Shown here: in pieces, positions 52,589 to 61,917 of the stretch
How positions within the stretch are numbered: position 1 is the stretch's first letter
Layout: each line of letters begins with the position of its first letter
Assembly (NCBI GenBank): GCA_963749155.1
Contig: CAVVLO010000001.1
Coordinates: forward strand, 832,001-896,000
Direction: 5' to 3'
Source: an uncultured Armatimonadia bacterium
GTDB taxonomy: Bacteria; Armatimonadota; Zipacnadia; CAVVLO01
Length of the DNA: 64,000 bases
Translations under genes and position numbers: made by a program
Notes under the pieces: model-generated
Database searches by the model: none
The model's input: the letters and a program-made list of their open reading frames with translations, nothing else
Told to the model about the DNA's origin: nothing

Positions 52589-55505
52589 ATGAGATTCTGG
52601 GTGCCCCTCTTCAGCTTGCTTGTTCTTCCCCTGGCATGTTTTGCGATGCCAGAGTTTGTGCTTGAAGACTCCGGCCTTATCCAGATATCCGATGCGGGCC
52701 AGGTTCTGACACGGCTTTCTCTCAGCGTGCCCAATTCTGACTGGAGCGGAGGATACAACCTCGGACGCGTAGAGCAACTTACTCGCCATACAGAGGGCGA
52801 GGCTGAAGTGGTGACCGGCGAAATGACCTGGGAGGGTGGCAGGCTTCCCTTCAGTGTTAGCCTCCAGACCAGCACAGGCCTTGGGATGATCACCTGGGAA
52901 CTCGCCCCCTCTGAAGCTATCTCCACCGTTGGCGCGCATCTCTTCGTCGATTTGCCCCAGTGCCCATTTCCTGGGTCAGCGATATGAGCTTGCCACTGAG
53001 CAACTCGGGCAACCTGTGGCAGGTGACCTGCCCACAGCCTTGCCCGACCCATATATCTTCGGTGGGGGCGGTACCCTCGATTATTTCGCAGCGGGCAATT
53101 CTGGGCAGTGGCTTCTTGTGATGCCAGGCGAAGGCGCGCCGATGAAGGCGCAACTCCAGGATTCACGCCAGTTCAAAGTCGACCAGTACCAGCTGCTGCT
53201 GCGATTCACTGGCGGGCAGCTTGAGGCAGGCCAGCCTGTTAAAGTCAGCCTTATGATCGACTGGACAGGTGACCAGCAACTTGCAGCTCTGCGTCAGTTC
53301 AAGGAGGAGAAAGCCATGTCCCGGTATCCAGTTGTCACCTCTGAGGGGCCACTGACTCTCACTGGCGTAAATATCAACACTTTCACCTGCAAACAATATG
53401 AGAAGCTCGAACTCACCTGCGAGCTGGGCGGGACCTGGGACAACCCCTTCGATCCCGAGCAGGTGCGCCTTGATGCGCGTGTCAAGTGTCCGGATGGGCG
53501 AGAATTGCTCGTACCTGGCTTCTTCTACCAGCCCTATGAGCGCGCGCTCGAAAACGGCACCCAGGTGCTGACCAAAGCTGGAGAGGCCAAATGGATGGTG
53601 CGCTTTGCCCCTCAGCAGGAAGGCGAATATGAAATAAGCCTCGAAGCTGTGAACCAGGGTCAGACAATGGCTACCGAGCCGCTCATCGTGCCAGTCAAAG
53701 GGGCAGCAGGGCCTGGCTTCATCTACAAATCGAAGCGCAATCCCTATTACTTCGAATACGAAACCGGCGAGCCCTATTTCGCCATCGGCGAAAACGTCTG
53801 CTGGCCTCAAAGTGGAGGCACTTACGACTTTGACAACTGGCTGCCTCCCCTGGCCGAAAATGGCGGCAACTATCTGCGCCTGTGGGCAAGTGGTTTCAGC
53901 CAGTTCGCTCTCGAACACAACGAGCCCGGCAGGCCCGATTGTGGTCTGGGCAGATACGACCAGGTGCGCGCCTGGAACACCGACTACGTGCTGGAGCTAT
54001 GCGAGCGCCTCAGTATCATGGCGATGTACTGCATAGACTCCTTCAACTTCCTGAGGAAGTCGCCGCCCTATCCTGCCTGGAATCTGAATCCCTACGCAAC
54101 AGAATTCGGCGGGATGATCGATGAGCCTGAGCAGTTCTTCACCAATCCCGACGCTCGGAAGCTGTACAAGCAACGCCTTCGTTATATTGTGGCGCGCTGG
54201 GGATATAGCCCCAATATCTTCTCCTGGGAGTTCTGGAACGAGGTCGACATCATCGAGAAGTACCTTTCAGCCGATTCGGTCGCCTGGCATGACGAGATGG
54301 CAAAATACCTGCGCTCCATCGATCCCTGGGGTCATCTCATCACGACCAGCTTCGCGGGTACGGGCGGTGATGACGCCGTTAACGCTCTCGACACCATCGA
54401 ATACACGATGGCCCACAATTACAACTCGCCTGATATGGCCGCTATGATCTCTGGCTGGTCTCGCAAGTATCTCTCCCAGTTCGAGAAGCCCTTCTACTTC
54501 GGCGAGTTTGGCACCGATGTGGACGGCCAGAAAGAGCATCTGGACAAGGAAGGCGTCTATCTCCACAACGGGTTATGGGCTGGGCTTGCTTGCGGCAACG
54601 CTGGTACTGCGATGACCTGGTGGTGGGATAGTTATGTTCACCCGAAAAATATGTACCCCCTCTTCAAGCCGGTCGCCGAATTTGTGAAGGGGCTACCACT
54701 ACTGGACAAAGAATGGCGCGATCTTGTCTTTGATACGCCAGTATTTATCAAGGCGCCAGAACATCCCGCGCCCAAACGGCTGCTGCTCAATCCCCAGGGA
54801 GTGAGCTGGGAGCCAGCCCCCTTCAACCAGCCCCAGACCTTTGACCTGGGCAAAGAAGGCAAGCTGACCAGGCCCGAGTTGCTTCCACGCGTTTTACACG
54901 GGGTGCGCAACCATCCCAACCTGCACAATCCAGTTACCTTCGAGGTAGATTACACATACCCGGGCACCTTCGCGATTCTGGTGGGAGGGGTGTCCGGTTA
55001 TGGTGGGGCAGGGCTCGAGATAAGCCTGGACGGCCAACTGGTGTTGCAGAAGGACTTCCCGCAGCTAAGCCCTGATGACCATGCCACAATTACCAAATAC
55101 GACGGGGAATATTCAATCGAGGTACCGGCGGGCAAGCACAGTATCAAAGTCGAGAATACCGGAGAAGACTGGTTCTATACTGATTTCGCCTTCAATGAAG
55201 GCTTCGCGCAGTATTCGCCCAACCTGCGGGTGCTGGGCCGGCAAGCAGAAGACTGGGCCTTCGGCTGGGTGCAAAACAGCGGCCACACGTGGCAGCAGGT
55301 GGCTACTTATGGCGATCCCCCTGTCGTAGAGCCAGCGCGCTTTTTGCTTCGAGGGCTTGAGGAAGGCGAATATCTGATTGCCTTTTTCGATACTTATACA
55401 GGCAAGCCGCTCTCCGATCAGCCAGCAGAAGTCGCAAACGGAGTGCTGGCAATCGAGCTGCCGGCTATCGCAAAAGACCTGGCCTTCACTGCGCGCAAGC
55501 GTTAG
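52589..55505 (+). CDS. Secreted DUF5060-domain / GH5-like glycoside hydrolase; +1 frameshift at ~52956
   Basis: SD GAGGTG, signal peptide; NPFDP, W.VRFAP, GGNYLRLW, RY.VARWGYS..IFSWEFWNE, FGEFG, WWWD. Confidence 0.72.
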
Positions 55506-57952
55506 GGGCGCGCCTGCCACTGCTTCCACAGGCGGGCCAGGTTGCGAGCTGACAGAGGCACATAGTCAGGGCCAAGCAACTCGCAGGTCTGCCTTGCGAC
55601 CGTCGGCGAGGTCGTCCAGCTTAGCGAATAGGCGTTGATGAAGAGCGGCCTCGTGCCAGCCTCATCGGCAGCCTTCTTGATGCTTGCGGCAAGTATGCGC
55701 GCCTCATCTGACACCTCGCTTGTCCGGGCGATTATCTCGGCACTGGTCGAATGGGGCTCCCAGCGGGTGAGGGTGTGCATCACTGCCGTCCCGCCTGGCA
55801 GGTTGAAATTTGCGCTAGCATAAGTAGTCGCATCGCTACGCCCGAGATCCGGCAGCAGCAACGTAAACTGCTTCGCATCTCGCGCATACTGGGCAAGTGG
55901 TCCGGCCTGGTCATAATCACTTGGCTCAGGCCAGCCGCCCATATGCAGCGCCACGCTGGTCATACCCATCCGCGCCGCATACTGGCCCGATATCCGGGCA
56001 AAGTGCCTGCGCGTTTCCTCCTGGTTGGCAAGCGCGTTGCCGTAATAGGGATACATCACATAACCGATGCCTCCGACCGCCGAGAGCAACTCATCGCCAG
56101 GGGGCAGGTTGGCTACATACCAGGAAGCGATTGCTGGCGCCAGGTCGAGGAAAGCCGGGTGAAGGACCAGGTAATCGGAGTTGCGCCAAGGTTCTCATCG
56201 TCCCACAGTGTACGCATGAATTTTTGCGGATACCAGGGGGCATCTCCCGCGTCCATAACATCGAAGCAGAAGTAGACTTTTGTCGAGTCCAGCGCCGGCA
56301 GCGGGCCAGGCGCAGGTTGCTTCAACTCGGTAGCTGGTACCCCAAGCCGGCTGAAGAAGGAGCTGTTGGTAAGGAAATCATTGCCCAGCATATATTTGCC
56401 ATAGCCATTGGCAAGCTGCTGACCCCAGTATTCCTGAAACCCTCGCGCCGGGTCGCCATATGCGTGCCAGCCTATAATTGGGATGCCGGCCGGGTAGCTC
56501 GCGTAGAGGTTGCGCGCGAACCGCAACTCGGCCAAAGGCTCTTCTCCCCATTGCCCACTGTCCAGCCAGAAGGGGAAGACCTTGTGCTGAACCAGATAAT
56601 CTACATACATATACGGCGCCTCGGGGAACCGCACGCACATAAGCTGGCGGGTGGCCTTCGGGAAGTACTGCTCGAAGCTCCACTGCTGCGCCTCGAAGCG
56701 CGATGTAAACTTGCCACGCAGGTCGAGTTTTACTGGCAGTCCGAACCGCAGGGCGACATCCTCATCGGCGGTCACCAGCACTTTGTCTTCCCAGGAGGCG
56801 CAGATAGCCGCATTGCGAGAGAGTTCATCTGCCAGCACGACTCCGGTAAAGCTTGCCTTGTACTTTTTTAGTGCCTCTTCAGGTGAGGCAAGTCGCGTGA
56901 AATGCTTGAAATACCTTCGCTTATAGCACCATTTGCGCCAGGTTTCGTCCTGGTCATCGAAGACGAGATAGAGCTGGGGCCCCTGACGGTTTAGCAACCC
57001 CTGCAGGCAGGCGAATAACCAGCGCACTTCCTGGCCCTCTCGGCGCAAGTCCAGCACGTCAATCATGCTGGGCTTGCTGAAACTGCAGGGCAACGCGGTC
57101 GGATAAGTCGAGACTTTGAGAGTCAGTGGTTTCGGCGCTGCAGGCATTGGAAGCTGGCGCTCTAGCGCGGCAAGCACTGAGGTATATTGAGTCTCATCAA
57201 GACTGCCGCGCTGCTTGAGCAGGTAGGCGACACCTTTCACGAGCGCGCGCTTGAGGGCGGTCGCAGGGCCAAGTTCGGTCGGGTCGAAGGCCAGATTGCC
57301 GCCTGCCCAGAAGTCCAGTGCCTGCCCGTCCGGATGTCTTACGAAGGCAAGGGGATAGGTAACCGCATCACCGCTCTGCCACTTGGCAACAGGCAACTCC
57401 GGAGCGCGCGCCCCCCACACCACCGAGTCCCAGCTCATAGGCAGCAAGACGTCGAGTTCGGCCTTTGAAAGGCCAAAGGGCGCGCCCTCGACCAGGCTTA
57501 CACTACCGCCCTTGACGGCTGCTGCCTGGCACTGGGTAAAGGGAGCTTGCTCCATCCCTGGCAATACCTGATGTCCTGTATCACGCCAATAGGGCTTGCC
57601 ATTCAGAACACTTTTCTCGACCTTGTGGGCAAGCGGCGTGCCCGTTGAGACAAGGCTTCCGCCCTTCTGCCAGAAGTCGGCGATAGCCAGGCCGGCAGAT
57701 TCAGGCCAGCAGGAGCCGTAAACCATCACCAGGATTTCAGTATCAGGCCTTGCGAGTTGAGCTGGCAGCTCTTCTACTGGGGCCAGGCGCACTGGAAGAC
57801 CCGCAGGCTTCGAAGTCGCGCCCCAGTTCCCAGGGGGAGAGCATCTGGTTCGCAAGAAAAGGCGGAAAACCCTTCTCTGCCATTATCACCACGCTAGCCT
57901 GGGTAGCATACGCAAGTCCAAACATGCAAATCAGGGCCACTAGCAGACGCAT
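55502..57952 (-). CDS. Secreted GxGYxYP-family putative glycoside hydrolase; frameshifts at ~57800 and ~56157
   Basis: GGAGG SD and signal peptide at 57952; LQGLLNR..P.LY, N.SFFS, DAGD, GIGYVMYP motif. Confidence 0.7.
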
Positions 57953-58113
57953 CTGGGCCTCCAAATTCTCGCAGGGCGTGAAGGTACCTTGCACTTTATG
58001 TCTAACCTGTATCACGGCAAGCCCTCCCTGCGCAACCAGTTGAAGACCGACGCAGGCAACGGGTGAGGTGGACTGCTATGGGTCCTGTGCTCGAAGCTTT
58101 ACACTGGTATGGG

Positions 58114-59090
58114 ATGTTTCCGCGCTTCGATCCAGCGCGTGGAGAGTGCGTGCGAGAGCCGCTTGGCCAGGGGCCAGGCTGGTGGGCAGGCGCCCCCAGT
58201 TCTCTTTTCGACCCAGATACAGGACGCATCTATCTATACTACCGGTATCGTAAACCGCGCGAGCTGGGACGCGGAGCAGAGTGCCGTATCGCCGTCAGTA
58301 GCGACGGGCTGCACTTCGAGGATGTCTGGACCTGCGACAAATCCCAACTGGATTCCCCTTCGGTCGAGAAAGCCGCCTTGTGTATCACGCCCAGCGGCAA
58401 GCGCAGGCTTTATATCTCTTACATCGATCCCTGCAGACAACCGCTGGCGCATTGATATGATGGAAGCCGCCAGTTTTGAGGAACTGGATCCTGCCGAGAG
58501 GCGCCCTGCACTTACGGCCTCTGATGCAGGGGGAGAGGGCGTCAAAGACCCTTTCGTAATGAATGTCGGCGGGCTTTACTGGATGCTGGCAAGTTATGCT
58601 CCCAGCCCTGATACACCTCAGAGCCGAGAAGCAATGCATTCGACCGCGGATGTCTACAACACGGGGCTTGTGAAGTCATCCACTGGTTATGCCATCAGCG
58701 CTGATGGTCTCGAATGGGAATGGCAAGGAGACATATTCTCGCCCTCTGAAAAAGGGTGGGACGCTTACTGCGCCAGGCTGGGCTCAGTCATCTTGGAGCC
58801 GCCTCTCTTCGTCGGTTTCTACGATGGCAGTGCCTGTGTCGAAGAGAACTACGAAGAGAAAGCCGGCCTTGCGGTCAGCTTTGATCTGACGAGATGGCAC
58901 AGGCTCACTCCCAAGGGCCCTTTTGTCACCTCACCATATGCCTCGCATTCGATCCGGTATGTGGATGCCCTCAAACTGCCCGGACCAGTATTTTTTCTAT
59001 TATGAATATGCCAGGCCTGATGGCTCTCACGAACTCCGGATGAACCTGGTCTCGTACCGTGATGAAGAAGAAGCGCGCGAAGACGACTAG
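58114..59090 (+). CDS. Five-bladed beta-propeller glycosidase-like protein (GH43/GH130/GH32 fold); frameshifts at ~58430 and ~58980; start could be 58078
   Basis: WAGAPS, SxDGxxF and SxDGxxW repeats, KDPFV, YDG, RYVD; C-terminus FYYEYARPDGSHELR in the third frame. Confidence 0.6.
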
Positions 59091-59159
59091 CGGCTGACTT
59101 GCCCGCCTGCAGGGCGCTGGGGCATAATGCGCCTAATCAAGGCTGTAGGAGCAAGTGGA

Positions 59160-59540
59160 ATGGAGTATTCCCCCCGAGTGCTTGAGCTGCTCGAGCACCC
59201 AGTCAATGCAGGCGAGTTGCCGAACGCCGATGCTACCGGCGTTGCGGGCAATGTCGAGGGCAGCGAGCAATGTATTATCCAGCTGCGTATCGAAAACGAT
59301 GTCATAGTGGCAACTGGTTTCCTGTGCAAGGGCTGTCCTGGCGCAATCGCTTCCACCTCGGCTGCGGCCTCACTTGCCGTTGGGAAGTCGCTGGATGAAG
59401 CTGACGAGCTAACTGAAGAGGCCATCATCGAATATCTTGGGGGCCTGCCCGAGGAGAAACAACACTGCGCTTCGCACGCGGTCGAAGCTTTACGGGCAGC
59501 TATCTGGGATTACGTCTTTACGACGAAGGAAAGAGACTAA
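59160..59540 (+). CDS. IscU/NifU-N-like scaffold protein with altered ligand set
   Basis: YS..V...HP.N.G, GC..AIAS, LGGLPEEK.HC; first CGD motif replaced by GSE. Confidence 0.8.
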   Translation: MEYSPRVLELLEHPVNAGELPNADATGVAGNVEGSEQCIIQLRIENDVIVATGFLCKGCPGAIASTSAAASLAVGKSLDEADELTEEAIIEYLGGLPEEKQHCASHAVEALRAAIWDYVFTTKERD

Positions 59541-59555
59541 CTGGAAGCCAAAGCA

Positions 59556-59588
59556 AGACCCTCCGTCGATTGCTCGAACGGAGGGTCT
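59556..59588. terminator. Hairpin between convergent transcription units (probable terminator)
   Basis: AGACCCTCCGT/ACGGAGGGTCT perfect 11-bp stem with TCGA inner arms; weak U-tract on the minus strand. Confidence 0.6.
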
Positions 59589-59628
59589 AGGTCATCTCCA
59601 TAGCTGTAGTGCCAGTATCATCGCTCAT
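59587..59628 (-). CDS. Candidate 13-aa micropeptide MSDDTGTTAMEMT
   Basis: SD GAGGAGGTGA overlapping the upstream stop; not in ORF track. Confidence 0.3.
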   Translation of the reverse strand: MSDDTGTTAMEMT

Positions 59629-59641
59629 CTGCATCACCTCC

Positions 59642-59812
59642 TCAGGCGACCTTCACTGACTGCGGTTTGGAGACTTTGGATTTTCGACTTGGCAGCCGCT
59701 TCAGTTTGCGCGGCACTCGTTCCTCAACCGGGCCCTGCAACTCTTCCACGCAGAAGACGCCAAAGCCTTCGGCATCGCGCCAGAGGCGCGCTCCACAATT
59801 TTCACAGGCCAT
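59642..59812 (-). CDS. Small 56-aa protein with CxxC...C head and basic tail (not in ORF track)
   Basis: Perfect SD TAAGGAGGTGA before ATG; MACENCGARLWRDAEGFGVFCVEELQGPVEERVPRKLKRLPSRKSKVSKPQSVKVA. Confidence 0.65.
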   Translation of the reverse strand: MACENCGARLWRDAEGFGVFCVEELQGPVEERVPRKLKRLPSRKSKVSKPQSVKVA

Positions 59813-59853
59813 TCTTATCACCTCCTTACAAGGGGGAGGGGGGCGGGCCCCCC

Positions 59854-61068
59854 TTAGAGTTCCTCTTCGGCACCTACAGGCTTCAACTTTAGCGGGCTGA
59901 ACTTGTAACCTGTCTCAGGGCCAGGCAAAGGGGCTACCGGCTGGGTAACGGCAAAGCTACCGGCCAAGATGCGCTGCTTCAGTTCCTCGGCCACTTCACG
60001 TGCCATTGACAGGCTGGAAAGCGGGAAAGACGCCACTTTCTTGCCACCAACTTCTATCTCGCCACGCCTGAGGTCTGCATACGATACATGGCCAAGCACG
60101 CCTCCCTCGAAATTGGGATAGGCCAGTCCGTAGTCAACAACAGGCGCGAATATCTGGTCATTGGTCACAGCACAGCTTGCCGCGATGTCCTCATCCAGTA
60201 CCGGGATGGGCACCCCGAGGCCAAGGGTCAGACTGCACCCGTAGCCCAGATAGCTGGCGCCTCGCACGTAGCGCGGGTTCATCTGCTTGAGATCGCCGAT
60301 AACTGCCAGAGTGCCAGAACCGCCTTTCGGCACGCCTTCTTCAGTGCGCTCGGTACCTGGATTGTGCTGGGTCCCATGCCAGATAACATAACCTTCGGCC
60401 CCACCCAGAAAAATGCGACTGCCAACCCCTATGGTCCGGTAATACGGATCCTTGAGCAGGGGTGAAAGTTCTCCGGCGCTGCTGAAGGTGGCGTTACCGG
60501 CCTTCGGTCTTAAGGTGCCCATATAGGTGTAGATGGTCTTCTCGCTCAGGTTCACGGCTACGTTGTAGTTTTGATAAGCGTTGCGCGGATTCAACAGCAA
60601 GGCCTCATTGAGATCGCGCAGGTTGACCAGCGTCAGCAAATCGCGTTTGGGGTAGCAATCGGTGCCGTAGGCCTCGGCTTTGAGCAGCACATCCTGCCCC
60701 TTCACCAGGTCTTCGATAACGTGCCCCCCGCCATACCGGAACTCTCCGGGATGGATGCGATTGAGCGGGTCGTCCTCGCGCGGCTCGGTAACGCCGATAT
60801 AAAGGTCTACCGCGGCCAGGCCAGCATAAGCCGGCACGCCATTTAGCCAGGCCTTCGATATCTTCATCCTTGGTTTGGTGTGCCCGACATTGAGCAAGGC
60901 GCCCGAGGAACACATCGTACCGAAAGTGCCTGTCGTTACAACGTCAACTTTTGCGGCGGCTGACTTCACGCCATGCTCCTGGCTGTATTCTATGAACTCC
61001 TCGGCGGTGAAGACGACCGCTTCGCCACTTTTGATTTTCGCGTTGATCTCTTCAAGAGTCTTTGCCAT
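59854..61068 (-). CDS. Homocysteine biosynthesis protein (DUF39, L-aspartate semialdehyde sulfurtransferase-like), no CBS domains
   Basis: KT.EEIN.KI..G.AVV.TAEE, VDVVTTGTFG.MCSSG, YGGGHVIEDL, TDCYP, NPRNAYQNY, GTQH. Confidence 0.9.
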   Translation of the reverse strand: MAKTLEEINAKIKSGEAVVFTAEEFIEYSQEHGVKSAAAKVDVVTTGTFGTMCSSGALLNVGHTKPRMKISKAWLNGVPAYAGLAAVDLYIGVTEPREDDPLNRIHPGEFRYGGGHVIEDLVKGQDVLLKAEAYGTDCYPKRDLLTLVNLRDLNEALLLNPRNAYQNYNVAVNLSEKTIYTYMGTLRPKAGNATFSSAGELSPLLKDPYYRTIGVGSRIFLGGAEGYVIWHGTQHNPGTERTEEGVPKGGSGTLAVIGDLKQMNPRYVRGASYLGYGCSLTLGLGVPIPVLDEDIAASCAVTNDQIFAPVVDYGLAYPNFEGGVLGHVSYADLRRGEIEVGGKKVASFPLSSLSMAREVAEELKQRILAGSFAVTQPVAPLPGPETGYKFSPLKLKPVGAEEEL

Positions 61069-61128
61069 TAGTTTTCTCCTCTTTCAACTCGGACCTGGTC
61101 TTGCGGATTGGTCTCCTCGGTGGGCAAA

Positions 61129-61154
61129 TAAAAAAACCGCCCGAGTTGGGCGGC
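61129..61154 (-). terminator. Intrinsic terminator
   Basis: Reverse strand GCCGCCC-AACTC-GGGCGGT followed by T-run. Confidence 0.8.
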
Positions 61155-61177
61155 TTGTTGTTCCCTGTAGCTCGCTG

Positions 61178-61507
61178 CTACTTTAGAGCTTTCCTCAGTG
61201 CCAGTTTGCCTGCTTCTGCCAGCAACTCGACCATCGGATCACTCTGTTTGCCGCCCTTTCGGATTATGATTTCAGTACGCCTCGGCTTGCGAGTTCGCCG
61301 GGCGTACATAAGCATGCCCATACCGAACACCCCGAGCAGCGCGCCTGCGAGCACGGTTGGCTTGCTTGCGCTTTCGACCAGCCGTGTGCCACCCTTCAGC
61401 ACCTTGTCAGCCTGACCCGTCGCCTTTGAACTAAGGGCGTCGAGTGAGCTGCCAAGCCTGTCCAGGGCCTGCTCTTTCGCCGGGTTGTCAGTCTTCGTCT
61501 TGCTCAT
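61178..61507 (-). CDS. Hypothetical small membrane protein (one TM)
   Basis: ORF overlapping the upstream gene; helical N-terminus and one hydrophobic segment. Confidence 0.55.
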   Translation of the reverse strand: MSKTKTDNPAKEQALDRLGSSLDALSSKATGQADKVLKGGTRLVESASKPTVLAGALLGVFGMGMLMYARRTRKPRRTEIIIRKGGKQSDPMVELLAEAGKLALRKALK

Positions 61508-61874
61508 CGGTTTCCGTCGCATCTCGTGATGGCTTCTTTTTGAATACCACCTTGAGGATGATAACACCAACGATAATACAGATTGCTCCCACTATTGCAA
61601 GGGCCCCCGCGTAAGAATCCAGCAACGCGGCCAGTGCGAGGAAGCCTGCTACCACAAGACAGGTCGCCGCAAGCACGAACAGATTGGCGGCGATCGCAAG
61701 CCCGATACAGCCTTTCTTCAGCTTTGAGAAAGGCTCCCAGACCACTCCGCCCCATTCTTTGACGTGCGTTTTGATAACTTCGCCCAGCGCGGAAAAAAGC
61801 TCTTTCACCAGCGCGCCATATGAGCGGTCTTCAGTTGGCTGGTCTTGCCCAGATTGGTGCTCCGAGTCCGGCAT
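61488..61874 (-). CDS. Two-TM membrane protein of the 'phage holin family' (YqjE-like) type
   Basis: RSxGxLV..L N-terminus, two TMs; AGGAGG SD; extended -10 TGCTATAAT at 61914-61906. Confidence 0.6.
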   Translation of the reverse strand: MPDSEHQSGQDQPTEDRSYGALVKELFSALGEVIKTHVKEWGGVVWEPFSKLKKGCIGLAIAANLFVLAATCLVVAGFLALAALLDSYAGALAIVGAICIIVGVIILKVVFKKKPSRDATETDEQDED

Positions 61875-61917
61875 CAGGGCCTCCTACAAACCTCTTGCGG
61901 GCCTTATTATAGCAGGT

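Noticed and set aside
61069..61177. SAM riboswitch upstream of the homocysteine gene
   Set aside because: No SAM-I core sequences visible; the hairpin lies just after the upstream gene's stop and fits a plain terminator.
61178..61874. Prophage lysis module suggested by a 'holin family' protein
   Set aside because: No endolysin, integrase or structural genes; this two-TM family is commonly chromosomal.
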